From Planctomycetaceae bacterium (lineage in GTDB: Bacteria > Planctomycetota > Planctomycetia > Planctomycetales > Planctomycetaceae), in assembly GCA_018699955.1 (NCBI GenBank), contig JABISG010000147.1, positions 96,544 to 160,543 of the forward strand: a stretch of 64,000 nt of DNA, written 5' to 3'. A program made the translations under genes and the position numbers. Each line of letters begins with the position of its first letter. Positions within the stretch are counted from its first letter, which is position 1. The notes under the pieces were generated by a model, which saw only the letters and a list, made by a program, of their open reading frames with translations, had not been told where the DNA came from and did no database searches. Shown in pieces: positions 1 to 9,635 of this stretch.

Positions 1-187
1 AAGAAGGCGCGCTGATTGCACCGGTTGGCGAGTGAGAATCCCTTGGGGTGCCGCGGGTGGCTTGTCCACCCGTGCCGAAACGTGGACGGCATACAATCTG
101 CTTCGGCGACGCATTCCATTTGAACACGGCAAAGACGTCCGCACTGGCGGACAAGCCGACCAGTGGCACCCGGCGCAGGTCCGGCTC

Positions 188-228
188 AAACCTGACGGCT
201 TGCGTGTTCCACTTTCTTACGACATCCA
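188..228. repeat. ~40-bp dispersed repeat, copy 1 (aacctgacggcttgcgtg...ctttctta), second copy at 1966-2004
   Basis: Direct comparison of the two segments: 18/18 identical core, about 85% identity over about 40 bp; the copies flank the 531-1949 gene. Confidence 0.5.
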
Positions 229-355
229 AAATGCCGCCAACTGCACTCAACACGCATCATCAGATTTTCACGATCAATCCACCGGACCAAACAAACGCAG
301 GCAGACGAAAACACCTCACCACACTCAACACCATGATCCAAAGTGAAACACTCTG

Positions 356-397
356 GAACAAAAACAAACAGATCACTTGACTCTCAAGACAGTCGCT
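356..397. repeat. 42-47-bp dispersed repeat, copy 1 (gaacaaaaacaaacagatcacttgactctcaagacagtcgct), second copy at 44817-44858
   Basis: About 42/47 identical positions with the segment at 44817-44858; contains a short inverted repeat cttga-N3-tcaag; intergenic in both places. Confidence 0.55.
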
Positions 398-530
398 TCC
401 GGGCTATACTCGCGGGTGGGGGAGCGTTGTCATAATGGTGACCGCTCCGAACCTGGAACCGATCCAGGCTCAAGCCATCTGGGAAATATCGGTCAGGGCC
501 ACTCTGTGTGATTTTTAGTAGAGGTAATCC

Positions 531-1949
531 ATGAGCATTCCAGTAGTGTGCAACGACTGCGGAGAATTCCAAAATGCCAGCAACGCTGGCTGGATTTGCG
601 GCAGATGGATTGTCGCAGCGGCGACCGTGTACTCCTTTCTGCTGGTGGGTTGCGAAAATTTTGACGGAAATAGTCAACCAGCCGGAGATTCCGAATCGCA
701 GGACAAGCAAGAGGTTTCCGACGCCTCCGTTGCAGACTCATCCGACGCAAATTCAGCGACAGATTCCAATACTCTGGGTCTGTCACCGGCACCGACCAAC
801 GGAGCAGCGGAACGCGATTCGGACAACGTCCCGTCCCAGCCGCTCTCTGAAGAGGAGGTCTTCCGCGCTGAAAATGAATCTATCAGCGGAGCGAAGTCCA
901 TCGTGGAGTCCTTGCTGGAGTCTGTAAACAAGGCGAAGTCTGCAAGTGAAATCAGAGAACAACTGAAATCGAGTATCGAGTCAATCAGCGAATTGTTGGC
1001 TACATTGGGTGAACTGAAGGATAGCGTGAACCCAATGGGTGATGCAGTAAACAATCCAAGTAGTTCGCTCATCCAGGCAGAGCCGAAACCAACCGGAGTC
1101 GCAAACGCATACACCATTCGAATTATTCAGGAAACAATGCGCGCACTTATTGGCCTAAAATCTATCCTTGCGAGCCTGGATAAATTTTATTATCGCGACG
1201 AGGACGTTGTGGTTCTGCGAGACGAACTTGAACAAATGAAACTCTTCATGGAGACTTTCAAATCACATGCGGATGTGCGGCTAACTCCGAGGTATTTAGG
1301 CTCCAAACGAAACATGCGGCGCAGGCTCGCGGACAGGCGTACGGAGAGTAGGGCGAAGTCAATAACTCTCCGAGCAGCCCGTCTCAAAGATTCATTGCCG
1401 ATTACAAAACATCCCCTGTTTGCTGGTGAATTGAAACCCGGATTACACGTTCGAGAATTGGACGGTGTCTTACGGGTGCGTGTTGTTGGAACGCCGCTGG
1501 CCGGACATCAGATCGTTGTCGTCCACGTCGCCGACGGCGTACTGCAACCAGAGGACGTCGCCCGTATGCCGAAGGGCAACCCAGATGCCGCCATCGCGGA
1601 ACTTCGGCAGTATGCATCGAAGACGAGAATCCAAAACGCTGGTATGACGGCTAAGTTTAAGAATGGGATGTTTACCGTCATCTTGACTCGAAATTCGTGT
1701 CGTCGATCCGGATGCTATGCAGTGACGGACGTCAAAAAGGGCGGTCTCAAAACCGGTACCGCAGTAACGTACCTTACGCCAGGCGAGTGGATCATCGACG
1801 GGACAGAAGAACTGGACTTGCCTCTACCTCGCCTCTTTGGAATGTCCATTCCAAAAAGATTTCCGGAGCAGTGCAAGTTGCACGTCTGGATCGCGTCAAG
1901 CAACGGAGATCTTCTGGACCATAACGTTGTCGATGTCGGAGGTAAGTAA
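531..1949 (+). CDS. hypothetical lipoprotein, possibly with a C-terminal Hsp20/alpha-crystallin-like beta-sandwich
   Basis: 472-aa ORF with GC-rich third codon positions and a GAGG RBS. N-terminal hydrophobic segment ends in the lipobox-like LLVGC. Ser/Asp/Glu-rich linker. The C-terminal ...GVLRVRVV...[14 protein letters not shown] weakly resembles terminal Hsp20 strands. Confidence 0.45.
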   Translation: MSIPVVCNDCGEFQNASNAGWICGRWIVAAATVYSFLLVGCENFDGNSQPAGDSESQDKQEVSDASVADSSDANSATDSNTLGLSPAPTNGAAERDSDNVPSQPLSEEEVFRAENESISGAKSIVESLLESVNKAKSASEIREQLKSSIESISELLATLGELKDSVNPMGDAVNNPSSSLIQAEPKPTGVANAYTIRIIQETMRALIGLKSILASLDKFYYRDEDVVVLRDELEQMKLFMETFKSHADVRLTPRYLGSKRNMRRRLADRRTESRAKSITLRAARLKDSLPITKHPLFAGELKPGLHVRELDGVLRVRVVGTPLAGHQIVVVHVADGVLQPEDVARMPKGNPDAAIAELRQYASKTRIQNAGMTAKFKNGMFTVILTRNSCRRSGCYAVTDVKKGGLKTGTAVTYLTPGEWIIDGTEELDLPLPRLFGMSIPKRFPEQCKLHVWIASSNGDLLDHNVVDVGGK

Positions 1950-1965
1950 CGATAGGTCAGACAAT

Positions 1966-2004
1966 AACCTGACGGCTTGCGTGGTCAACTTTCTTATGCC
2001 ATCC
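1966..2004. repeat. ~40-bp dispersed repeat, copy 2 (see 188-228); its 5' part forms a gtcag-N8-ctgac hairpin
   Basis: Aligned by eye to 188-228. Lies 17 bp after the TAA stop of the upstream gene. Related gtcaggc-N4-gYctgac hairpins occur at 2165-2182 and 2278-2295. Confidence 0.5.
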
Positions 2005-2032
2005 GGACGCTCCCATTGGCCATCATTGCCTG

Positions 2033-2136
2033 GAGGTGGTTTCAAAACCCGGATTTTATCGTAGCCACGCTCGCCAGAGCGTGGATTCGTCGAGCGGTGC
2101 CACCGTCTGGCGACGGTGGCTACGGTTTTGAAACCA
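2033..2136. other. 104-nt nested inverted-repeat element: perfect 15-bp outer stem enclosing two perfect hairpins (7 bp and 9 bp); candidate structured RNA or MITE-like element
   Basis: 2033-2047 ggtggtttcaaaacc pairs perfectly with 2122-2136 ggttttgaaaccacc. Inner hairpins are 2063-2082 (ccacgct/agcgtgg) and 2097-2118 (gccaccgtc/gacggtggc). The element is non-coding. Confidence 0.45.
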
Positions 2137-2164
2137 CCAGCAATGCAGTCGCTCGTAGGATACA

Positions 2165-2200
2165 AGGTCAGGCTGAAGCCTGACGTCTTTCGGCGTTGTT
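2165..2200 (+). terminator. putative intrinsic terminator (gtcaggc-tgaa-gcctgac followed by a U-rich tract)
   Basis: 7-bp stem, 4-nt loop, then gtctttcggcgttgttatttg; lies in the 3' region of the 531-1949 gene. Confidence 0.35.
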
Positions 2201-2405
2201 ATTTGTCATGCGGCAAACACGCCGGCAGTGTTTGGAGCCGGGGCGTTCGGATGTGACAGCGAAGTGGCATGCGTTTGCCGTCAGGCTTTAGTCTGACCTG
2301 CCTTTACTGGACCGCCGTCGCGGTTTGAGTAGAATGTCCCTTGCGTCGCACATTGCGATGCGGCCGTGATTTCAGCGGCAACGTTTCATTTCCCCGCACG
2401 CGAGA

Positions 2406-3410
2406 ATGCCCATGTCGGTTGTAGCGGTTTGTCCCAAATGCGATGCGAAGTATACGCTGAAGGATGCGGCTGTGGGGCGGAAGATGAAATGCCGACAATG
2501 CGAGAAACCGTTCCGCGTGACAGCCGCCATCGACGAATTCGACACTGGATCGGACGACGAATTTGACCGACCGGCTCGATCCCGATCCAAGCAGAAACGG
2601 CAGAAGAAGGCACCCCTTGGCGAGGGGGAGGTTCGCGTCACCTGTGGCGATTGCTCGGCACGCTTTGAGGTGGCAATTCGCCAGAAAGCTTACGAAACAC
2701 GCTGTATCGTCTGCGATCAGCCGGTCCCTGTTCCCGGCCAAGGTGGAAGTGGAAAATCGTCTGCCAAGAAGTCCGGTAAACGAAAAAAGTCGCGGAAGAT
2801 GCCGAAATTCCTCATCCCGCTCGCCATCGGAGTGGCGGTCATCGGTGTTGTTGTTGGCTTGGCGTTTCTGCTGCCGAACACGGGTCCCGGTGAAAGTGGA
2901 ATCAAGGCGCCTGCTGCGTATGAGGTCTACGCAGATAACCGCGGGAATCAATTCCACGTGGAGTACCCGGACGGGTGGAAGATTGAGGCCGGGGCGCGGG
3001 GGACTTCCAATCCGTGGGCCAGGTTTAAGAAGGGATCGGCAACGATCCGCGTGAAGACGAGTATGGGGGCGAGCGCAATGGGAGACATCATGGGAATGGG
3101 CGGCGACGACGAAGACACGCCAGACGAATTGACGGCGGTCGCCCAGGTCCACACCTTCATGAAGAAGCAGTACGCCGATGAATACAGCGACTACGAGGAA
3201 CAACCAGCGAAAATGATAAAGACGGGCATGGGTGACGGACAACTTTCGGAGTTCACCGCAGCCGGCGGCTGGGGTTCAAAGACCAAGGGAGTCCGGCTGA
3301 CCTGTCTGGCGACCAATTATCAGTTCACTGTCCTGTGTGATTGCTCAGAGTCTGATTGGGCTGCTTGCAAGCCGATATTCGAACGGGTTGCCAAGAGCCT
3401 GTCGCACTGA
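2406..3410 (+). CDS. zinc-ribbon domain (MJ0042-type, two copies) single-pass membrane protein
   Basis: Two CxxC...CxxC ribbons (CPKCDAKY..CRQCEKPF and CGDCSARF..CIVCDQPV), a Lys-rich linker, one TM helix (IPLAIGVAVIGVVVGLAFLL), then a C-terminal extracytoplasmic domain. Confidence 0.6.
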   Translation: MPMSVVAVCPKCDAKYTLKDAAVGRKMKCRQCEKPFRVTAAIDEFDTGSDDEFDRPARSRSKQKRQKKAPLGEGEVRVTCGDCSARFEVAIRQKAYETRCIVCDQPVPVPGQGGSGKSSAKKSGKRKKSRKMPKFLIPLAIGVAVIGVVVGLAFLLPNTGPGESGIKAPAAYEVYADNRGNQFHVEYPDGWKIEAGARGTSNPWARFKKGSATIRVKTSMGASAMGDIMGMGGDDEDTPDELTAVAQVHTFMKKQYADEYSDYEEQPAKMIKTGMGDGQLSEFTAAGGWGSKTKGVRLTCLATNYQFTVLCDCSESDWAACKPIFERVAKSLSH

Positions 3411-3425
3411 GGTGCGTCAATCTGG

Positions 3426-4196
3426 GTGTCCCGGACCTACGTCACTTCGTTCCTGTTTCGGCAAGGCTTGACTCGCCCCAACCGCCACCCGGCGGAAGGT
3501 TGCAAGGATGCATTAAGAATGGCCGGTCCAAACTCGCAACTCTATCTTCAGTGTTGGCTTGCTGTGTCGATTGGCGCCTGGCTTTGGGTGACCGGATGCG
3601 GCCATTGGTTGTGTCGAGTGATTGCTCAAAGCAAAATGTCGACACAACCGAAACGGCGATTTCGACAATGGGTTGCTCGGTACCAGCGACTTCCTGAAAT
3701 TGCGATCTCAGGAATTCGGACTGCGCCGATTTGCTTCGTTCAGTTTCTCAGAAGACTCAACCGTACTTCACAGGCATTTCTGGCAGGTGTTGTTGTTTAT
3801 TGTTTGTACGATGTCCTGTTTTCCGAGTACTGGTACAACTCAGACGTCTATCTGGATGTGTTCTGGTGGGGAGCTGGACGCGTGGATGTCACAGGGTTCG
3901 CCCTTCAGGGACATCTCTGGTGCATTGGCTGGGGTTATGCACCGGAGATACTTCTCGCATGTGTGAGTGGCCTTGCAATAGGATATTTGAAACCGAAACG
4001 CCGGTTGAGAATCACGGCATCTTTTGCACTGGGGTTATTGTTGTGTTCGGTGCTTGGGGATTTGCTCTACATGCCTTTTGATTTTCAACCGCAATTGATT
4101 TTCTACCGAATCGTCTGGTGTCCGGTTCTCTTTGTCTTCGTGTACTCCGCTGCACTGCTGCAACGGATTTCCACGCGCCCATTTAGCCGCCGGTGA
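3426..4196 (+). CDS. hypothetical polytopic membrane protein (Trp/Cys-rich)
   Basis: ORF with several predicted TM segments and no recognisable domain; the true start is probably internal. Coding status is uncertain. Confidence 0.3.
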   Translation: MSRTYVTSFLFRQGLTRPNRHPAEGCKDALRMAGPNSQLYLQCWLAVSIGAWLWVTGCGHWLCRVIAQSKMSTQPKRRFRQWVARYQRLPEIAISGIRTAPICFVQFLRRLNRTSQAFLAGVVVYCLYDVLFSEYWYNSDVYLDVFWWGAGRVDVTGFALQGHLWCIGWGYAPEILLACVSGLAIGYLKPKRRLRITASFALGLLLCSVLGDLLYMPFDFQPQLIFYRIVWCPVLFVFVYSAALLQRISTRPFSRR

Positions 4197-4368
4197 ACAG
4201 ACCGGCGGACGGCGTGGGGTGTTCCTTCACGTTGCATCTGTTGATGGACGCTCGGTCGAGTATCCAGGTTGCAGGTGTGAGACGAGAAGACTACCATCAA
4301 CGCATCGATATGGAGTGATGTGATCGAACCCACCCTCATCGTCTGACCGAATTTGGAGCGACGAAACC

Positions 4369-5670
4369 ATGTTGAAAGTTCTCTTTGGGCGACCAGAACG
4401 GAATTGTGCTGGCGTTTCGCGACGAAACTTTCTGCAAGTCGGCTCGTTGGGTCTCGGGGGATTGACCTTGCCGGGTCTGCTGGCGACGCGGGGGGCGGCA
4501 GAGTCTCAGACCGTGAGCAAGGACACGTCGGTTGTGTGGCTGTGGCTCAATGGCGGGCCGACGCATATTGAAACATTCGATCCCAAGATGACCGCCCCGG
4601 CTGAATTCCGCAGCGTGACGGGTGAGGTTAAGACCGCTGTTCCGGGAGTGACACTGGGTGGCAACTTTTCCGGACTGGCAAGGCAGGCCGACAAGATGGC
4701 GTTCGTGCGGTCGTTTTCCGTTCCCAGCAGCAGCCACAACCGGGCTGCTTTTTGGGTGAATACCGGACATGCGCACGATGCGAAGCATCCATCTCTGGGG
4801 TCGATTGCATCTCGGGTGCGCGGCCCAAATCATACCGTCAGCGGCATGCCGACTTACATCAAGATGGGCCAGATTGGATTCAACACTGAGGTGCAGCGGA
4901 TTCCCGGACCCGCGTGGTTGGGTAAAGCCTACGCGCCGTTTGGTCCCAGTGGCCCGGCCCGCGAAAACATGAACCTCACCACGAAGGTGGCCCGATTAGA
5001 GGACCGCCGCTCGTTGCTGAAGAAACTGGATCAATTGCGACGGGAAACCGATGCCAGCGGGATCATGCAGGGAATTGACGGCCTCAATCAGCAAGCACTG
5101 AACCTGATTCTCGGCAAGGCAACGCAGGCCTTCGATTTGGCGAAAGAAAATCCGGCGGTCGTTGCCAAGTATGGCGACGGACTCGGCGCGTCGCTGTTGA
5201 CGGCGCGGAGACTGTGTGAGGCGGGTTGTGGTTTTGTCGCGGTCTCGCTGCAGGGGTGGGACATGCATGGAAACGTTCGAGGTGGAATGAACAAACGCGG
5301 CCCCCAGGTCGATCGAGCGGTCTCCGCGTTTGTGGAAGATATTTACCAACGGGGCCTGGATAGAAACATTCTGCTCGTCGTCTCGGGCGAGTTCGGACGC
5401 ACGCCGCGAATCAACAAACGGGCCGGCCGCGATCACTGGGGCCGGCTGAGCACGCTTGCATTGTCTGGCGGTGGCCTTGAAGTCGGCCAGATCATTGGCG
5501 AATCGTCACCTAAGGCCGAGTCTCCCAAGTCCGGCCTGGTGACGCCGCAGGATCTCATGGCCACCGTGTTTCATGTGCTCGGCATTGCCCCGGACACGCA
5601 TTTCGAAGATCCCAGCGGCCGGCCCACTCCGATGCTCGGCGGCGGCAAGCCGATCAACGGCCTCGTGTGA
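4369..5670 (+). CDS. DUF1501 domain protein (sulfatase-like; Tat signal)
   Basis: RRNFLQVGSLGLGG Tat-like N-terminus; WLWLNGGPTHIETFDPK and GRDHW motifs typical of DUF1501. Confidence 0.9.
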   Translation: MLKVLFGRPERNCAGVSRRNFLQVGSLGLGGLTLPGLLATRGAAESQTVSKDTSVVWLWLNGGPTHIETFDPKMTAPAEFRSVTGEVKTAVPGVTLGGNFSGLARQADKMAFVRSFSVPSSSHNRAAFWVNTGHAHDAKHPSLGSIASRVRGPNHTVSGMPTYIKMGQIGFNTEVQRIPGPAWLGKAYAPFGPSGPARENMNLTTKVARLEDRRSLLKKLDQLRRETDASGIMQGIDGLNQQALNLILGKATQAFDLAKENPAVVAKYGDGLGASLLTARRLCEAGCGFVAVSLQGWDMHGNVRGGMNKRGPQVDRAVSAFVEDIYQRGLDRNILLVVSGEFGRTPRINKRAGRDHWGRLSTLALSGGGLEVGQIIGESSPKAESPKSGLVTPQDLMATVFHVLGIAPDTHFEDPSGRPTPMLGGGKPINGLV

Positions 5671-5867
5671 GATTCTGCGCTTGGCTTGTGCTCATCCGGT
5701 TTCGATTGCCAAGGAGTAATCGAGCCGCGTGAATGCCGTTACGGCGGGTCTTGTTGTCGTCGCTAAGTTAGTTGGTGCGTTGAGTCGCTTCGTGGGGCGG
5801 TCTACAATGGACGAGACGGAGTCTGCGGGCATTTCTCCCATCCCACTTTGCTTGTATCGATACCCTT

Positions 5868-6950
5868 ATGCGATTTCATTCTCGCCGTCCATCGACGTCG
5901 CATTTTGCGAAGCGGGCACAGACGCGCATCCTGCGATTGATCGGGCTGCTGGTGCTGGTGATGATTGCCGTCAAAATGGCCGGCAGAGCGTCGTTTTGGG
6001 GGTGGATGTTTCCCGATCCAAACAACGGCGTCATCAGTCAGCCGGTGATGCCGCCGGAAACCGTCGACAAAAACAAGTATAAGGTGAAGTTGGACGCGGG
6101 GCCTAAGTTGGCGCAGGGGGAATTCATTGCCGCGGCGGACCCGGTTGCTCCGGATGTAGAAAAGGCGGCCGAGGAAGCGTCGGCCGATTCGTTGGAATTC
6201 GATCCTGAGTTGCTCGCGACGGTTGAAGACAACACGATGAGCATACGTCCGGTTGAAGCGGACGCGTATTACGCGGTGTTGGCCAAAGCTCGCGATCTGC
6301 CTGCTGAAACACTGGAGAAGCACGCCGATGCTGATATCTCTTTCGCCGTGCTGATGAACCAGTCGCCGCAGTTTCGTGGCAAGCCGATCACGATTCGTGG
6401 GGAGATTCGGCGGCTGCTACCGTTCACAGCGGGGAAGAACAAACATGAGATCAAAGATTTGTGGGAGGCGTGGTTATTCACCGAGGACTCGGGGCTTGAT
6501 CCGTATCGCATTGTCTGCACCGAGATTCCGCCGGGGATTCCTCGCGCGGAGGGTTTGAAGAAGGCAGTGCCGGTGCGCGTGACGGGGTTCTTTTTTAAGA
6601 TCGAGGGCTACGAAGGACGAGGCGGATTGCACACGGCTCCGTTGCTGTTGGCAAGAACTTTACGATGGTTGCCACCGCCGCCGGTTCGCCAGAATGATAA
6701 CGGACTGGGGCCGTGGATTGTGGGATTGGTTTGTCTGACGGCCGTTGGGTTGGCGTTCACTTTCTGGCGAATTTCAGCCAGCGACCGTTCCTCGCAGACG
6801 CGGAATTTTCACCGCTACAACGAGCCACGGCCCGAAGCGCTCGACGCGTTGAAGTTGCTGGAAACCAACGACGAGGCTGATATGTTTCGCAGTTTGAAAG
6901 AGGATGACGGGCAGTCGCCGCCCACCAAACCGGCCGACGCCGGCGCGTGA
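5868..6950 (+). CDS. hypothetical membrane-anchored protein
   Basis: 360-aa ORF with an N-terminal TM (ILRLIGLLVLVMIAV) and a second TM near the C-terminus; no recognisable domain. Confidence 0.4.
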   Translation: MRFHSRRPSTSHFAKRAQTRILRLIGLLVLVMIAVKMAGRASFWGWMFPDPNNGVISQPVMPPETVDKNKYKVKLDAGPKLAQGEFIAAADPVAPDVEKAAEEASADSLEFDPELLATVEDNTMSIRPVEADAYYAVLAKARDLPAETLEKHADADISFAVLMNQSPQFRGKPITIRGEIRRLLPFTAGKNKHEIKDLWEAWLFTEDSGLDPYRIVCTEIPPGIPRAEGLKKAVPVRVTGFFFKIEGYEGRGGLHTAPLLLARTLRWLPPPPVRQNDNGLGPWIVGLVCLTAVGLAFTFWRISASDRSSQTRNFHRYNEPRPEALDALKLLETNDEADMFRSLKEDDGQSPPTKPADAGA

Positions 6951-6964
6951 TTGTCGATGCGCAT

Positions 6965-8023
6965 TCATGCTGACTCATTTTCCGATTCCGGCGGCTTCGT
7001 CTCGTTGGCAGACAGTCGGTTCTTTCCAGTCGCCATGAAGCAAATGAAACCGGCAGCGGCCACTAGTAGAGTGATCAGGCGGAAAAGCAGGGTGGCCAAT
7101 AGTCCGCCCGCTTTTGCCAATTCCTTGTGGTCGGTTCGGTTCTCGGCCTCGCCGTAGAAATACGAGATCGCACCTTCCAGCACGCCGACACCTCCCGGCA
7201 GCGGAACGAACGATGCACCGACCTCGGCCGCGGGAACGATGAGCAGGTGGGTCGTGTAGTCGGGCGCGACTTCCTCCAGCCGTAACGCGCGCGAAGCGAA
7301 ATAGAACGACGAAAGAATTCCCATGTGGCCGAACAGACTCATCGCCACAGCCAGCACCACCACCCTGCGTTTCGATTGATAGAGAACGATTGCCTGGATC
7401 AGGTCGCCGATAGCGCGTCCGACAAACTTCAAGTGGACCAGGCGATTCAACCAACGAGAGCGCGGCGTCGCCGGATGCAGCATGATGAGCAGTCCAACCG
7501 TTCCGACGGTCGCGCCGGTCCACAAGAAGCCGGCGATTGATGCCAGGACATTGTTCTCCCGCAAGCCGGGTAGGGCGAGCGATGCGATTGCACCCACGAT
7601 GAACAACGCCAGCAATCCCAGAATGCGATCGATAACAACCGTGGCAATGGCAACCAACCGGCGCGATTGCTGTTCGCGCGCAATCAACGCAGCTTTGAAG
7701 AGATCGCCGCCCACTTGGCCGGGAGCGACATAATTCAGCAGCAGACCCCAAAAGCCAATTCGGAAGGCATCGCGCAAGCGAAATTCAAATCCCTGCGCCC
7801 AGACCAGCAGATACCAACGAACAAACGTCAGAAAAACCGAGGCGGCAATCAACGCCGCAGCAATGCAGCAATCGATCCATCGAAATTGTCGATCTGCGAC
7901 CTCGCTGAGGCTGTCGAGATTCAGGTAGATATTTTGGTAAAACAGGTAGCCAAGGATGGCCAGGGCGATGACCCACTTCAGCAAACCCATATAGGGTTTC
8001 AGCCGCTGGAGAAGATCACGCAT
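6965..8023 (-). CDS. flippase-like / lysylphosphatidylglycerol-synthase TM-region family (UPF0104) integral membrane protein
   Basis: Polytopic protein. The motif NYVAPGQVGGDLFKAALIAREQ matches the PF03706-type P-x-G-G signature. ATG at 8021-8023 chosen (MRDLLQRLKPY...); the track ORF extends to 8155. Confidence 0.6.
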   Translation of the reverse strand: MRDLLQRLKPYMGLLKWVIALAILGYLFYQNIYLNLDSLSEVADRQFRWIDCCIAAALIAASVFLTFVRWYLLVWAQGFEFRLRDAFRIGFWGLLLNYVAPGQVGGDLFKAALIAREQQSRRLVAIATVVIDRILGLLALFIVGAIASLALPGLRENNVLASIAGFLWTGATVGTVGLLIMLHPATPRSRWLNRLVHLKFVGRAIGDLIQAIVLYQSKRRVVVLAVAMSLFGHMGILSSFYFASRALRLEEVAPDYTTHLLIVPAAEVGASFVPLPGGVGVLEGAISYFYGEAENRTDHKELAKAGGLLATLLFRLITLLVAAAGFICFMATGKNRLSANETKPPESENESA

Positions 8024-8485
8024 GTGGGGGACGATCCAGGCGAAAAAAAATGAATATTTGAGGCATTGCGAAATGCAAAAACCTGCGACTGGAATTTGCT
8101 GTCGAGCGTGACCGGTTCTATGCACGCGCTCGATGTGCAGGCAATGCCCGAGCACGTCGCAAACTACAGAACTCAGTCTGCTTACGCAACGGCGCCTGCC
8201 GCGCGTTGGATTGCTCTGGTTGTTTGGATATTAGAATTCGATTGAAATATGGGTAATCGTCAGCTACCGGTGTGTCGAATTCTGTCCAGTGTTTTGCCAC
8301 CGGATGCACTGGAAATCACAGCGAATTCAAGCCGATACGCCTTGCGGATTCTCGTGTTGCCCATTATCGTTTCTCGGCCGTGAGTCCATGAGTGGACGCG
8401 GCCTCAACCCTGCAGCTTAAACGCGGAATGGATTTCGTGGCTGGGTTGATCCAACGAATGGACCAAAATCAAAGGAAGCTCAAGG

Positions 8486-8818
8486 ATGAGCCGATTGAAA
8501 CTCTACTGGCCCGAAGCGCGCGGACAGTTTGATGCAGTCATCCTGTCGATGGTGTCGGCCGATCGGGCGGGCGAACCGACGGTGATTCCGTTTGCCCAGC
8601 ATCAGCGAAAAGCGACGGGGCATTCGCGTTCAACCGACGTGGTTGACCGAGCGCATACGATTCATACCAACGGTCGCTGCCCTGCCTGTCTTCATCCGGT
8701 CGTCGAACCAATCGAACTCAACGATGCGCTCGTGGGGCGTGGCAACCTGCCCATACCGGGAACTGCGACTCTCGTCGGCTTCCGCTGCGATCGCTGTGAA
8801 TGCGAATGGCAGGCGTGA
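8486..8818 (+). CDS. small hypothetical protein with CxxC...CxxC (possible zinc ribbon)
   Basis: 110-aa ORF with CPAC...CDRC; RBS aaggaag upstream. Confidence 0.3.
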   Translation: MSRLKLYWPEARGQFDAVILSMVSADRAGEPTVIPFAQHQRKATGHSRSTDVVDRAHTIHTNGRCPACLHPVVEPIELNDALVGRGNLPIPGTATLVGFRCDRCECEWQA

Positions 8819-8884
8819 TCGCGCTTTTGCGTCAAAACTATGAAACGCGTGGGGCGTTGCCGCGCCGATAAACTTGCGGTCGCG

Positions 8885-9622
8885 TCATTTCTTCCGCGGT
8901 GCGGTGCGGCCTTCTTCGGCGAGCGATTCGAAGTAGCGGCGCACGAGATCATCGTACTTGGGTAGATACTTATCCTCGTACACATTGAGCAGTTTCTGCC
9001 GCAGCGTGGGCGGGAGGTGTCCCCAAACATCGCGGACCATTCTCCCCGATGAGAGCGGCGCGAGCTGACGGTTTTCGGCATCGCGAGCCTTGTCGGTCGA
9101 TTCCGGCGACTTGTCTTTTCGCGTTTTGCCATTATCCCCCGGCTGGGTCTCCGCTGGTTCGGGCGGTTTGGAACCCTTCTGCTTCGGATCGCCGTCTTGT
9201 GGTTTGGGCGACTTGCCGCCCGACGGACTCGACTGCGCCTGTTGCTTGACCGCTTCAATCAACTGCTCCAGGTTCTTGACGACGTCCTGCTGCAACTCAC
9301 GTGTTTTCAGTCCGGCATCTTTGCCGTCGATTCGCTTTTGCGCTTCCCGCATTGCCCGAATCGCTTGCTCCAACGGATTTTCCTGCGGACGGTCTTTCGT
9401 TGTACCGCCGCCGGTCAGTTTCTTAAACAACTCCTCGTCGGTGGCGCTGCCGGTTTTGTTCTTGTCTTGAGTTTGAGACTCGGACGTTTCTCCCTTGGCT
9501 TTGTTTGCGGGTTCTTGACCGTTTGCTGATGCGAGTCCCGTCAATACGAACACACAACATAGAATGCCAGTGGCACCCAATGCACCGATCAAGTTTCGAT
9601 TCGGCTTCGCAGTTTGAAGCAT
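8885..9622 (-). CDS. secreted low-complexity (Lys/Glu/Asp/Pro/Gln-rich) protein, last gene of the DUF4175-like operon
   Basis: ATG at 9620-9622 with an AGGAA RBS, 13 bp after the upstream stop. Signal-like N-terminus (ALGATGILCCVFVLTGLASA) followed by a charged repetitive region. Confidence 0.5.
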   Translation of the reverse strand: MLQTAKPNRNLIGALGATGILCCVFVLTGLASANGQEPANKAKGETSESQTQDKNKTGSATDEELFKKLTGGGTTKDRPQENPLEQAIRAMREAQKRIDGKDAGLKTRELQQDVVKNLEQLIEAVKQQAQSSPSGGKSPKPQDGDPKQKGSKPPEPAETQPGDNGKTRKDKSPESTDKARDAENRQLAPLSSGRMVRDVWGHLPPTLRQKLLNVYEDKYLPKYDDLVRRYFESLAEEGRTAPRKK

Positions 9623-9635
9623 GTCAGTGTTCCTG

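Noticed and set aside
32-380. ORFs 32-346 and 48-380 at the window start
   Set aside because: They overlap the dispersed repeats and a C/A-only tract, have no RBS or domain, and their composition is unlike the neighbouring genes; treated as non-coding upstream region.
2033-2136. Cloverleaf-like fold as a possible tRNA
   Set aside because: Stems are far too long (15 bp closing stem) and perfectly paired, it has only two inner arms, and there is no GTTCRA T-loop or anticodon-loop geometry; reported instead as an unclassified structured element.
2304-3242. 312-aa minus-strand ORF
   Set aside because: Entirely antisense to the zinc-ribbon gene; Arg/His/Cys-rich low-complexity translation typical of spurious ORFs on the opposite strand of GC-rich genes.
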